Shown here in pieces: positions 26,999-36,673 of a DNA stretch of 56,727 nucleotides (its first letter is position 1; every line of letters starts with the position of its first letter). Source of the stretch: Candidatus Hodarchaeota archaeon (GTDB taxonomy: Archaea > Asgardarchaeota > Odinarchaeia > Odinarchaeales > JBHLKK01). Where the stretch lies: positions 1-56,727 of the forward strand of contig JBHLKK010000004.1 of assembly GCA_048886745.1 (NCBI GenBank). The letters run 5' to 3'. The notes beneath the pieces are model-generated. The model ran no database searches. It worked only from the letters and a program-made list of their open reading frames with translations, and was not told where the DNA came from. The position numbers and the translations under genes are program-made.

Positions 26999-29900
26999 AT
27001 GGCAATTATTGGGATAGAGCTCTGGGAGATTCTCCTATTCTCGGCTTCCTTAGCAATCTTCATGAATTTGTATGTATTGACCAACCGTGATTTGCGCGCT
27101 AGTCGAAAAGAGATGTGGTCTACTCAAGACTCCCTTGCTTTGACACTTCGTTATCTGTTCTTTGGCTCCCTGTTTGCCTTTCTGATTTCAGGTTTGCTAA
27201 TGTTTTTTGTTTGGATCTTGAACATTCTGTTTGAAGGTCTTGCATCTGCGATCTTGGGAATATCCCCAATAATCCCGCTACTATCTCTCATCGCGGTCAT
27301 AACCTTTGGTATTGCTTATGGGATAGCGAAGACTAGGCATTTGTACGATCTTGCTGATGAAGAGGTCTATGGGTTTAAACCTTGGTGGACTCGCCACCAG
27401 AGATTGCGAAAGGCCCTGAGCTTTCCTCTATATCTAAGCACCGGAAACTATCGTCGGTGGAGAAATGCTCAATTAACTCCAAGGAAGTTACGTAGACTGA
27501 AACGCGACATTGATAGGTCTTTTACAAAGACTCGTGATGATTTGATTGGGAGAGACCAAGAGTTCCAGACTATAATGTCTAGTATCTTTTATCACACGGT
27601 CAGAGATGAACGTATTCGCGAGGTTTTAAGGACCAATCCACCTCCCAAATTCTTTATTCTTAAAGGGATGACTGGAACTGGCAAAACGTTATTGGCCGAT
27701 GTATGTATGCGTGAAGGTGTGCTGAGAGGCATCAAGAACCAAACTAATGTTGTAGCGCTTTCGATAAAGGGCTCAGATGTTTTTAATCCATATTATGGTC
27801 AATCCGCAAGAAATCTTAGCTCGATCTTTAGGGCAACTCTTAATACTCCAAGCGTGTTGTTTTTCGATGAGTTCGATAGCTTCGCTAAGAGTGTAGCCAA
27901 GGGTGAATCTCATTGGGCTCAATTAGAGGACTTAAGAGTCCAGACTACATTCATTGAGGGATTAAAGAAAGTCTTAGATACCGAATCCAGGATTGTCGTT
28001 ATAGCAGCAACGAATTCCTATGAATCGGTTCGAGACGACATTAGAAGACGTGCCTTTATGATGGATCTTGATCAGAATGTAAGTAGCGAGATGTTGACGG
28101 CTGTATTGAACGCAGAATTGGAGAAGAATGGATGGACCTATCTTGATCCTAAAGAGATAATAGAAGCACTTGAGAGGTCAGTGAGCGTATACCGTCAAAC
28201 TCAGCTAACCCCTTTTGACATTATTGATGCTTGTCAAAAGGTAAGAAATCTCAAGATAGAGCCGATACGAAAGACAATATTCGAATTTGCAGAAACACCT
28301 GTAGACACGAAATACAGGGTTTCTATCGATGATTTCAGGACTATTGCCAGAGGTTTAAGGGGATATCTTGAAAAGGAGAAGAGTAGCGAGGTTATGACTT
28401 CTGTTCTCAGGATAAAACCTGCCGTAACCTATAGGGATGTTGGAGGCCTTTATGGCATAAAGGAAAAGATCTTCAAAAGCATATCTTTGAGTCTTCGTCC
28501 AGATTTGGCAACAAAACTTGGCTGGATCCCCCCGAAGGGCTTTATTTTGTGGGGAGAACCCGGCTGTGGCAAAACTCACATATCTAAAGCGATTGCAAAA
28601 GAGAATAATGCAACGTTTTTTTATGCACCTGCAGCTCAGCTCCTAATAAATGCAAAATGGGTGGGTGAACCTGAGAAGAATGTTCGAGACTTATTCGATT
28701 ATGCAAGGAAAGAAGCACCTAGCATCATATTCTTTGATGAATTTGATATCATTGCTGGTAAGAGAAGAGGCGATCCTGTAGGTGATAAAATCACTGCTCA
28801 GATACTAACAGAGTTGGATGGCTTGCAGCCTTTAGAAAATGTAATTGTTATTGCTGCTACAAACAAACTAAGTACCGTAGACGAAGCTATTATCAGCAGA
28901 TTTGAGCCAAACATGGTCGAAATCCCACTTCCTAGAAATGATGAGGAACGACTCGATATAATAAACATTCATCTGAATCGATACTTAACGCATCTTCATC
29001 CAGAAGTTACAGCGGATAAGGTAATCGGGATACTAAAGCGCCATCGTATGGTATCTCCAAGAGTTGTCGCTGAAATCATTAAAGAGGCTAATCGTTTGCG
29101 ATCCCAAGAGCTTTTTGCGGCCTGGGAATCCTATAAAGAGGCTAGCGGGGATTTTGTGTCTGAAATCTTCAAAGACGATTTTGACCGTCTTCTTCAGGTG
29201 TTGGAAATCATAAAAGGAGAAAGGAGCAAATCTATAGATATTAGAGAATTGGACAGTGAAAACTACAAGGTTCGTCTATATCACTTTGAAAAAGCAGCTG
29301 AGCTCTTAGAACAAGAGATTGATGCAGAGCTGATGGAGGCTCAGGAAAGTCTCATACCGGAAACAGCTGAGGTCGGCTTATCATATGGTCTTGCAACAGA
29401 TATTTCAGGAAGAAGAGGAATTATCCTAATTGTTGAGTGTTTGGTTAATAGAAATGGAAGTGGCAAGATTTCAGTAACGGGAGCAGCCAAAACCGCAGTT
29501 ATTGGCCCAGCCACAACTGTCGATGATCTAAGCGTCATTGAGAGTGCAACGAATGCTGTTACCTATGTCCGCCATTATATCAAAGATAAGCTAGGCATAG
29601 ATGGTTCTAAATTTGATTTTACTTTCCAAATAATAAGTCCACTGGAAGGGTCTGCTGGCATGGGAGTCAGTGGACCTAGTCTAGGGATTGCATTTAGCAC
29701 AGCAGCAATCTCTGAGTTGGCTAAGCTAGAGATGGAACCAAATGTGGTTATGACAGGTAAGGTTGATATTAAGGGTAATGTTGGTCCGGTTGGAGGATTG
29801 GGATGGAGAGGAACCGGTAAGTTCCTAGCTGCAATTAGGACTAAGAAGATTAAGATAAAGAAGTTCTTGATTCCTAGGTGGAATTATGAAAAGTCAAGTG

Positions 29901-30031
29901 ATGAATGGGCAATTCTTGAGGAGAAGAAAATTAAGATTATCCCCATCAATAGACAGATCGATGCTTGGACTACTACGTTTGACGTGAAAGAGGATGAAAT
30001 CCTAAGACAAATAAAACTCAGCTCTGAATAA
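26999..30031 (+). CDS. Membrane-anchored tandem AAA ATPase (Cdc48/p97-type) fused to a Lon S16 protease domain
   Basis: About 3 N-terminal TM helices. D1: GMTGTGKT/FFDEFD/ATN. D2: GEPGCGKT/KWVGE/FFDEFD/ATN. C-terminus: SGPSLG...VVMTGKVDIKGNVGPVGG...GKFLAA...FLIP. Confidence 0.85.
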   Translation: MAIIGIELWEILLFSASLAIFMNLYVLTNRDLRASRKEMWSTQDSLALTLRYLFFGSLFAFLISGLLMFFVWILNILFEGLASAILGISPIIPLLSLIAVITFGIAYGIAKTRHLYDLADEEVYGFKPWWTRHQRLRKALSFPLYLSTGNYRRWRNAQLTPRKLRRLKRDIDRSFTKTRDDLIGRDQEFQTIMSSIFYHTVRDERIREVLRTNPPPKFFILKGMTGTGKTLLADVCMREGVLRGIKNQTNVVALSIKGSDVFNPYYGQSARNLSSIFRATLNTPSVLFFDEFDSFAKSVAKGESHWAQLEDLRVQTTFIEGLKKVLDTESRIVVIAATNSYESVRDDIRRRAFMMDLDQNVSSEMLTAVLNAELEKNGWTYLDPKEIIEALERSVSVYRQTQLTPFDIIDACQKVRNLKIEPIRKTIFEFAETPVDTKYRVSIDDFRTIARGLRGYLEKEKSSEVMTSVLRIKPAVTYRDVGGLYGIKEKIFKSISLSLRPDLATKLGWIPPKGFILWGEPGCGKTHISKAIAKENNATFFYAPAAQLLINAKWVGEPEKNVRDLFDYARKEAPSIIFFDEFDIIAGKRRGDPVGDKITAQILTELDGLQPLENVIVIAATNKLSTVDEAIISRFEPNMVEIPLPRNDEERLDIINIHLNRYLTHLHPEVTADKVIGILKRHRMVSPRVVAEIIKEANRLRSQELFAAWESYKEASGDFVSEIFKDDFDRLLQVLEIIKGERSKSIDIRELDSENYKVRLYHFEKAAELLEQEIDAELMEAQESLIPETAEVGLSYGLATDISGRRGIILIVECLVNRNGSGKISVTGAAKTAVIGPATTVDDLSVIESATNAVTYVRHYIKDKLGIDGSKFDFTFQIISPLEGSAGMGVSGPSLGIAFSTAAISELAKLEMEPNVVMTGKVDIKGNVGPVGGLGWRGTGKFLAAIRTKKIKIKKFLIPRWNYEKSSDEWAILEEKKIKIIPINRQIDAWTTTFDVKEDEILRQIKLSSE

Positions 30032-30284
30032 CGATCAGAAACCTCTTTGTCCAGTAAATTCTTTCCTTCTTCAAAAATGCAAATTGTTTTTTGGCAAAAA
30101 TTTTTTAATTAGTTACTTCTCTATTGACGGTAACGGTTAATTCACTTCCTATAGATGTTGGTATTGATTGTGTTCGATTTGTATATCATTTCCAGCTTTG
30201 AGTTAAATAGTTTCAACCCCATAGTATATAGTAGTGGTGTGGTGATTAAGGATTCTTTCCAAAGGAAATGAGCGACATAACCTG

Positions 30285-31667
30285 GTGCTTATAACTATTG
30301 ACTGTCTCAGATACGATATTACAAACTCACTTATTGAAAAGAAAAAAATACCCAATATTCAGAGACTTGCGACGAAGGGTTTATTCTTTAAGAGGGCTAT
30401 TTCCACTGCGCCTTGGACCGTTCCATCTGTGAAGTCATTTTTAACCTCTACATATCCACTTATGTATGATGGATATGTCAACTTCTCACCAAGAAAATCC
30501 TTTGTCCGTCTGTTGAGGAAGATCGGTTATTCTACAATATCATGTCAAACGAATCCGTGGATTTCAAGATATTTCGGCTTTGATAGAGGATTCTCATCCT
30601 TTATTGATGACAAAAGAGTGGTGTTGCAAAATCTGCTCGCTAAACTGGAGAGAGTCAATCTCAGGAATCGGAATCCATTTTTGTATAGTTCAGGGGCTAT
30701 TGTACGGTTCTTGGTGTGTTTTTTCAGCGCCTTTTTCAATCTATGGCCAAGATTCTGCCTACAATCGGATCAGCTAACTAAGGCAAATTTGGAGCTGATG
30801 AAGAAAAGCAAACCACCACTCTTTGCTTGGCTTCATTATATGGATTGCCACGAACCACACATTCCCAGCAGACCAAATTCATTTACCTCATTTAAATTCG
30901 GTCGAATTCAAAGCAAACTCCTTGAAAATAAGCGACTATCTAAGGACGAAATTCTATGGACTTTGAGTTGGTATAAAGACTCAATAATCCGTGTTGATAA
31001 ATCCATTGGCTTCCTTCTGTCGAAGCTCGAAGGAATGGGCATAAACTTAGGCAATACTTACTTTGTTTTAACAAGCGATCATGGCCAGGAATTCTTTGAG
31101 CATGGAAGATTCGGCCATCTGCTTCATCTTTATGATGAACTGATACGTGTTCCCCTAATCATGGCGGGTCCTGAACTGACGCCAGGAGTTGTTTCGGAGC
31201 AAATGAGCCTCATAGATTTGCCTTCTACAATGCTTGGTCTCTTAGGGTTTTACGAAATGCCTAGGAACTATCTGGGAAGAGATTTAAGCATGTTTCTGAA
31301 AGAATCCAGACCAAATTTTCCCGATAATCCTGCAATCAGTGAGGAAGGAGTTAAGAATCGTGAATCTTTAATGTCATACGATAGATCCAGAATCCTAAAA
31401 TTGGATTTAGGACATCGACGGATATCTTACCGATCTGATGGCTGGAAATACATATACAATGAGAATGCCTCTGATGAGCTATATGATCTTAATAAGGATC
31501 CTGGTGAGCAAATCAATCTTTTTGAAGAAGAAAAGGAATTAGCAAAAGAGTTTCTTGAAAGGATTGATCAACATATAAGAATGGAAGAGAAAACAAAGAT
31601 CAAGCAAAGAGAATATCTAAAAATACGGAGTCTGAGTAACCAATTGGGATCAACACTACGTCTTTGA
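30285..31667 (+). CDS. Sulfatase-like hydrolase/transferase (AlkP superfamily, Thr at the nucleophile position)
   Basis: LITIDCLRYD, APWTVPSV, HYMDCHEPH, TSDHGQEF, LYDELIRVPLI, ELYDLNKDPGE. The true start may lie a few codons upstream. Confidence 0.88.
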   Translation: MLITIDCLRYDITNSLIEKKKIPNIQRLATKGLFFKRAISTAPWTVPSVKSFLTSTYPLMYDGYVNFSPRKSFVRLLRKIGYSTISCQTNPWISRYFGFDRGFSSFIDDKRVVLQNLLAKLERVNLRNRNPFLYSSGAIVRFLVCFFSAFFNLWPRFCLQSDQLTKANLELMKKSKPPLFAWLHYMDCHEPHIPSRPNSFTSFKFGRIQSKLLENKRLSKDEILWTLSWYKDSIIRVDKSIGFLLSKLEGMGINLGNTYFVLTSDHGQEFFEHGRFGHLLHLYDELIRVPLIMAGPELTPGVVSEQMSLIDLPSTMLGLLGFYEMPRNYLGRDLSMFLKESRPNFPDNPAISEEGVKNRESLMSYDRSRILKLDLGHRRISYRSDGWKYIYNENASDELYDLNKDPGEQINLFEEEKELAKEFLERIDQHIRMEEKTKIKQREYLKIRSLSNQLGSTLRL

Positions 31668-31751
31668 AGTTCAGGTTAATCTAGAATCTCTTGCAATTCA
31701 ATATGGCTCTTATGAATTGTCGACTAACGCTTTTTAAGGAGAAGAATTGAC

Positions 31752-32429
31752 ATGGAAACTGGTTTGTGGTTTACACTTCTTCGACTGGCTGAAATTGACA
31801 GACAGATTGGAATTTCTTCTGTGAAATTAGCTGGAGTACTTGGATTAAGTCAGCAAACTGCCTCAAGACATCTTCAAGAGCTTGAAAAGATAGGTTGGAT
31901 TACTCGTGAAGTATCTCGAAAGGGGCAGAGAATAGAAATTACTGAAACTGGTATGAATGCTTTAAGGACTGTATATATATCTTTAAGTACTATTTTTGAA
32001 GGCCATCTGGCTCCTTTTGAGATTAGAGGCGAGGTTTTTGAGGGAATGAGAGAAGGTGCCTATTATGTGAGTCGGGAAGGATATTTCAGACAGTTCAAGG
32101 AAAAACTGGGGTTTGAGCCTTACGCTGGAACACTGAATATTCGTATAAAGACACAAGATGATTTACGCGCAAGAAAAATGCTGGATCTGCTTCCTGGCAT
32201 CATAATAGAGGGATTCGCGAACGAAGGTCGATCTTTTGGTTCTGTGAAATGTCATCGAGTTACTGTTAATGGGAAGGTGGAAGGGGCTGTCATACTTATC
32301 AAACGAACCCATTATGGAAGCGATGTTCTGGAGATTATCTCACCAGTTTTCCTCAGAAAAGAACTAGATCTTAGAGACGGGGATACTGTAAGTCTGACTG
32401 TAGTTGCAGAGAAGCCCGAAAAGAAATGA
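31752..32429 (+). CDS. ribK: CTP-dependent riboflavin kinase with N-terminal wHTH
   Basis: LSQQTASRHLQELEK wHTH, GEVFEGMREGAYYV, FEPYAGTLN, RTHY, LEIISPVFLRKEL. Confidence 0.93.
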   Translation: METGLWFTLLRLAEIDRQIGISSVKLAGVLGLSQQTASRHLQELEKIGWITREVSRKGQRIEITETGMNALRTVYISLSTIFEGHLAPFEIRGEVFEGMREGAYYVSREGYFRQFKEKLGFEPYAGTLNIRIKTQDDLRARKMLDLLPGIIIEGFANEGRSFGSVKCHRVTVNGKVEGAVILIKRTHYGSDVLEIISPVFLRKELDLRDGDTVSLTVVAEKPEKK

Positions 32430-32442
32430 AGAAAAAAAATAA

Positions 32443-32958
32443 CTAGCGATTTGGATATTTCCTTTCCTTATTCAATATCTTTTTGATAATCTTCTGAGTA
32501 TGACACAACGGATGCTCATCGCATACCTTATCAATGCGGACAATCTTAACATTCAGTCCCTGACTTCTTAATTCATTTTGCACATCTTCTTCTGAAAATA
32601 CTTGATCTGGGCCCAAGACTATGATATCGGGCTTTAGTTCCTTCATTATCTCCAACAAGTCATCTGATTCACTACCAAGAATTGCCTCGTCAACATACTT
32701 CAAGCCTTTGACTACTGCAAGACGTTGTCTTTCTGGGATCACTGGTTTATGCCTCTTAATTCTCTCAACGTTTTTGTCTCTAGCGACTATGACAATCAAT
32801 TTTCCAAATTCTCTTGCCTTCTTAAGGAAGTATAAGTGTCCAGGATGGATTAAATCAAATGTTCCTCCAACGACTACTCTTTGTTTTTTAGTGCCAGACT
32901 CCATCTGTATGCGTCGCCTCCGGCTTTGTGATGTCTTCTCAATCATTAAAATAGTCAA
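32443..32958 (-). CDS. ribL: Archaeal FAD synthetase
   Basis: VVGGTFDLIHPGHLYFL, VIVARD, PDIIVLGPDQ. Confidence 0.9.
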   Translation of the reverse strand: MTILMIEKTSQSRRRRIQMESGTKKQRVVVGGTFDLIHPGHLYFLKKAREFGKLIVIVARDKNVERIKRHKPVIPERQRLAVVKGLKYVDEAILGSESDDLLEIMKELKPDIIVLGPDQVFSEEDVQNELRSQGLNVKIVRIDKVCDEHPLCHTQKIIKKILNKERKYPNR

Positions 32959-33069
32959 TGATTTTTGAACTGTCGAAGGGATGTCTTCATGGTAAAAAAC
33001 ATATATAAGATAATAGTAGTTAAATCTTTAATTCTAATCAGGATGAGCTTTCGTCCTTAAGGGGACTTT

Positions 33070-34053
33070 ATGATGGCTTTAGCATCTTTCTGGTGGTTAT
33101 TTGTCTTACAGTTCGCAGCTGTATTCGCAATGAGTTTTCTCTTTATTCCAACGGCTGGAAAAAAGTTTATGGAAAATGGCTTGTCTGGTATGGATTATCA
33201 CAGGATCAAAGAGACAAAAGTCCCGGAGAGTCTGGGATTGGTTGTTGGAATGATTTTCATTCTATCTACCGTTGCATTTTCGCCACTTCTCGGGATCCAG
33301 GTTAATCTCATCTATACGAGTCTGCTGGCTATTTCATCAGCTCTTCTATTGGGATTTATGGATGATGTTTTAAACATACGCTGGAGGTACAAACTATTGA
33401 TTCCGCTTGTTTCTGCTATACCTCTTATAGTAAATTATGCTGGTGCGACTTCCGTTTCTATTCCTTTTTTCGGTGTTATTGAACTTGGATTAGTCTACAT
33501 GTGGGTGTTAATTCCTTTGATGACCGTTTATATGGCCAACACAATAAACATATATGCTGGGATAAATCTGCTTGAAGTCGGACAATCAATAGTGCTGGGT
33601 GGAACCGTCCTTATCTTGGGCGTTTTAACAGAACAACTTTTTGCTGTTTTCATGATGACGCCGTTCTTAGCAGCTAGCTTTGCCCTGGCCTACTATAATA
33701 AACATCCTGCCAGAGTTTTTGTCGGCAATTCTTATACTTATTTTAGTGGAATGTGTATTATTGTGGCATCTATTTTATCAAATATGGAAAAGATAATCAT
33801 ACTATGTACAATCCCTCAACTTCTAAATTTCGTCTATTCGTTCAAAGATTTTCTGCGGGATTGCCCTCGACACAGGCTTCCTGCTTTTAACAAAGGAACA
33901 GGATTGCTTGAAGATTCACATTATGCTACTCTTCTCAATTTAGTTCTACGTATATTCGGACCGCAAAGCGAAAAACGCCTTGTTTATACTTTGATTTCAG
34001 TCCAAGCAATAATTTCTGTAGCTGTTCTTGCAGGATGGTATTTCCTTCCCTAG
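33070..34053 (+). CDS. aglH: UDP-GlcNAc:dolichol-phosphate GlcNAc-1-P transferase, DPAGT1/Alg7-like
   Basis: VPESLG, LGFMDDVLNIRWRYKL, NTINIYAGINLLEVGQ, PARVFVGN, PQLLNF, CPRHRLP. Confidence 0.9.
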   Translation: MMALASFWWLFVLQFAAVFAMSFLFIPTAGKKFMENGLSGMDYHRIKETKVPESLGLVVGMIFILSTVAFSPLLGIQVNLIYTSLLAISSALLLGFMDDVLNIRWRYKLLIPLVSAIPLIVNYAGATSVSIPFFGVIELGLVYMWVLIPLMTVYMANTINIYAGINLLEVGQSIVLGGTVLILGVLTEQLFAVFMMTPFLAASFALAYYNKHPARVFVGNSYTYFSGMCIIVASILSNMEKIIILCTIPQLLNFVYSFKDFLRDCPRHRLPAFNKGTGLLEDSHYATLLNLVLRIFGPQSEKRLVYTLISVQAIISVAVLAGWYFLP

Positions 34054-34097
34054 CTCGGAATTCTAAAAACCTAATGAAAGATAGATCAACATCTAAT

Positions 34098-34934
34098 CTA
34101 GACCAGATGTAGGTTTTTCTCTTTTAAGACATATAGTTCTCCTTTTCCGCTTTCTGCCAAATCCCCCACAAATTTGAGAAAGGGCCCTTCAATTTCCTCC
34201 TCATCCAGCTTCAATATTGGTACTTCTTCATTGAACTTGAATCCAGGCAATAGACCCTCCAATTTACTGAATGCAGCTATGGTACCCTTTTTCATTTCCG
34301 CTCCCAAAAACCCGTTAATATCACCGTGAATCATAACAGTTCCTCCGCTCAAATGTGCGCCAGCAAACGAGCCTGCATTTCCCTTAACAGTGATTCTTCC
34401 TCCCCTCATCCACAGTGCCAATTCATTGCCTACATTTCCCTCCACAATTATTAGCCCTTTTTTCATTCCTCTCCACTCTCCTCTATAGACCGCACCTACA
34501 TAATCTCCAGCATTTCCTTTGATATGAAGCAAGCCTCCGCGAAGCTCGGTCCCAGCCCAGCTTTCAGCATCACCCTCAACAATAATCTCTCCCCCATACA
34601 TCTCAGCTCCGACGTGCATTCCGATATTCCCTGATATTGTGATTTTGCCAGAAGTCATTCGTTTTCCCACCCATTTGACTTTCGAAGCATCCCCCTTGAT
34701 TATTACGTGTAAGTTCTCCGGTTCAGTGAATGTTTCCCCCTCTATTTCGAAGAAATCTCCCAAATTCGTTCTTCTGTTACCGTGCCAGGCCGCAAGACCG
34801 GCAATCTCGCTTATTTTTTTCTCTGAGAATATATTTGGTGATATCACATCGGCTTCGAGAGGGACCTTTAATTTTTTCTTTAATACAAGCGTGATTTCCT
34901 GCATCTTTTCCACTCGCAAATTCATCTGTATCAA
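34098..34934 (-). CDS. fwdC: Formylmethanofuran dehydrogenase subunit C
   Basis: PLEADVISP, LGDFFEIEG, beta-helix G-repeats, YRGEWRGM, GDLAESGKG. Confidence 0.95.
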   Translation of the reverse strand: MIQMNLRVEKMQEITLVLKKKLKVPLEADVISPNIFSEKKISEIAGLAAWHGNRRTNLGDFFEIEGETFTEPENLHVIIKGDASKVKWVGKRMTSGKITISGNIGMHVGAEMYGGEIIVEGDAESWAGTELRGGLLHIKGNAGDYVGAVYRGEWRGMKKGLIIVEGNVGNELALWMRGGRITVKGNAGSFAGAHLSGGTVMIHGDINGFLGAEMKKGTIAAFSKLEGLLPGFKFNEEVPILKLDEEEIEGPFLKFVGDLAESGKGELYVLKEKNLHLV

Positions 34935-36670
34935 GAGCTAACCTTTATCGGAGATGATTTAGGGAGTTCCCCATCTCCTATTAAGTAATTTGACAGATTA
35001 ACTGTATAATATTTGTCAAAGCTTTCCTTCACATCACTATAGGTTTCCTTCATTATACTATCGGGCATTTCTATGTCTATCCAGTATGTCTTGCCAAGAG
35101 GTTGCTCAATTATCTTACCTTTCGCCGCAATCACAGTTCCGTCCTTGATTGTATAGGCTGTTTTGGAAAAACCCTTAATTACCTTCTTAGGCTCCGTAGC
35201 AGCATCATCTTTCTCAGGATAAATAGGATATATGGCTATATCTGCATCAGCTCCAATGCCTAAATGTCCCTTGTTCTTCAGGCCAAGAGCTTTAGCTGTG
35301 GCCGCACGTGATATTGTTGTTATTTCTCCAAAATCGAGTTCTCTATCAACATCAGGCAAAGTTGTTCTTCCAGAAGCTGCTTGATGAACCTTTTTTAGCA
35401 TTTCCAATCTGGCTTTCTTACTCATGAGCCATGAGATGATTGTAGGATAGGCTGTAAATGGTCCTCCATTCGGATGATCGGTAGTAAGGTAAACTTGCCA
35501 AGGATCTTTTGTTAGGAGGGCTAATTCTAGTCCCACCGCCCACTGAATGGCATTGACGAAATTCTTGCGTGAAAAAATGTAGGGAACCACGCCCATTCCC
35601 GTTTCAAGTTCAACGTCCCCATTCACCCATTTGAATCCAGTTAGTTTACGAAGCCGGTATTGCCATTCACCGTCTGCAGTCATGGTGGTCGTATTGCCAA
35701 AGACGACCTGTCCCATGTCTATACTTACGTGTTGATGCGAATTCAAGTAGTTGGCTATATCAGCTGCACCTGAACCAAAATCCTTCCAAGAGGTGCCTGA
35801 ATATGAATTAAACTGAATGTGTGTGATGTGGAGTACTCTTTTACGCCCCCTTGCGGGCTTAACGTCCTCTAGAATTCTCATTGTCTCGATAGCCGTTTCA
35901 TAGTTTCCGGGCCGTCCCAAGTTGAGTGTATGCAAGTGAACTGTGTGCGGAAGCTTCAGATTCTCATTTGCCTCTGCAAGTCCTCGGATTATTTCCTTTG
36001 GAGAAACACCAAAGTGGGGAACTTCTTCATCAAGGCTTGATACTCCCTTGGCCCAACTCCAAGCTTCAGTCGAGCCTGGTGCCACAATTTTGATTGCATA
36101 CCCCTTGATAGCTCGCATGATCCAAGCTATGTATCCTTTGAGTTTCTCAGTTTCCCCATCTTTAAGATAATTCATAATTATCCAATTATTTCCGAGTAAT
36201 GGAAAACAGGCCTTATCAATAATTGGGGTATCATTTAGCTCTTCATGAGTGTGTCTTGTCTTTAGAGGCGGTGTAGCCGGTTCGAATGCCGTTGTATAAC
36301 CCATGATGGCGTATCTATATCCACATATGTATGTTGTGGGTGTTGAGTATCCTCCGCCAGATTTCGGCATCACACCTTTGGGCACGAAAGATACTCGATG
36401 CTCTTCTGGTCTAAGCATGCGGCCTGTGTTAACTTTGGAGCCTGCAATATGTGTGTGTATGTCAACACCACCAGGAATAACGAGCATTCCTTGAGCATCT
36501 ATTACCTTTGCACCATTCTCTCTGAACTCATCCACGATTTTGTCTTTTTTGATATATAGACTCGCCTTCTCTCCCAAGACATTGTTTAGAGGGTCATAAA
36601 TAATCCCATTGTTTATGATCAATGAACTTTTGGAAGTGACAGACATTTCTCTCATCCATCCTCTTCTCAT
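34931..36670 (-). CDS. fwdA: Formylmethanofuran dehydrogenase subunit A (amidohydrolase)
   Basis: PGGVDIHTHIAG, GRMLRPE, RHTHEE, LPHTVHLH, TTMTADG, TTDHPNGGPF. Confidence 0.97.
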   Translation of the reverse strand: MRRGWMREMSVTSKSSLIINNGIIYDPLNNVLGEKASLYIKKDKIVDEFRENGAKVIDAQGMLVIPGGVDIHTHIAGSKVNTGRMLRPEEHRVSFVPKGVMPKSGGGYSTPTTYICGYRYAIMGYTTAFEPATPPLKTRHTHEELNDTPIIDKACFPLLGNNWIIMNYLKDGETEKLKGYIAWIMRAIKGYAIKIVAPGSTEAWSWAKGVSSLDEEVPHFGVSPKEIIRGLAEANENLKLPHTVHLHTLNLGRPGNYETAIETMRILEDVKPARGRKRVLHITHIQFNSYSGTSWKDFGSGAADIANYLNSHQHVSIDMGQVVFGNTTTMTADGEWQYRLRKLTGFKWVNGDVELETGMGVVPYIFSRKNFVNAIQWAVGLELALLTKDPWQVYLTTDHPNGGPFTAYPTIISWLMSKKARLEMLKKVHQAASGRTTLPDVDRELDFGEITTISRAATAKALGLKNKGHLGIGADADIAIYPIYPEKDDAATEPKKVIKGFSKTAYTIKDGTVIAAKGKIIEQPLGKTYWIDIEMPDSIMKETYSDVKESFDKYYTVNLSNYLIGDGELPKSSPIKVSS

Positions 36671-36673
36671 TAG

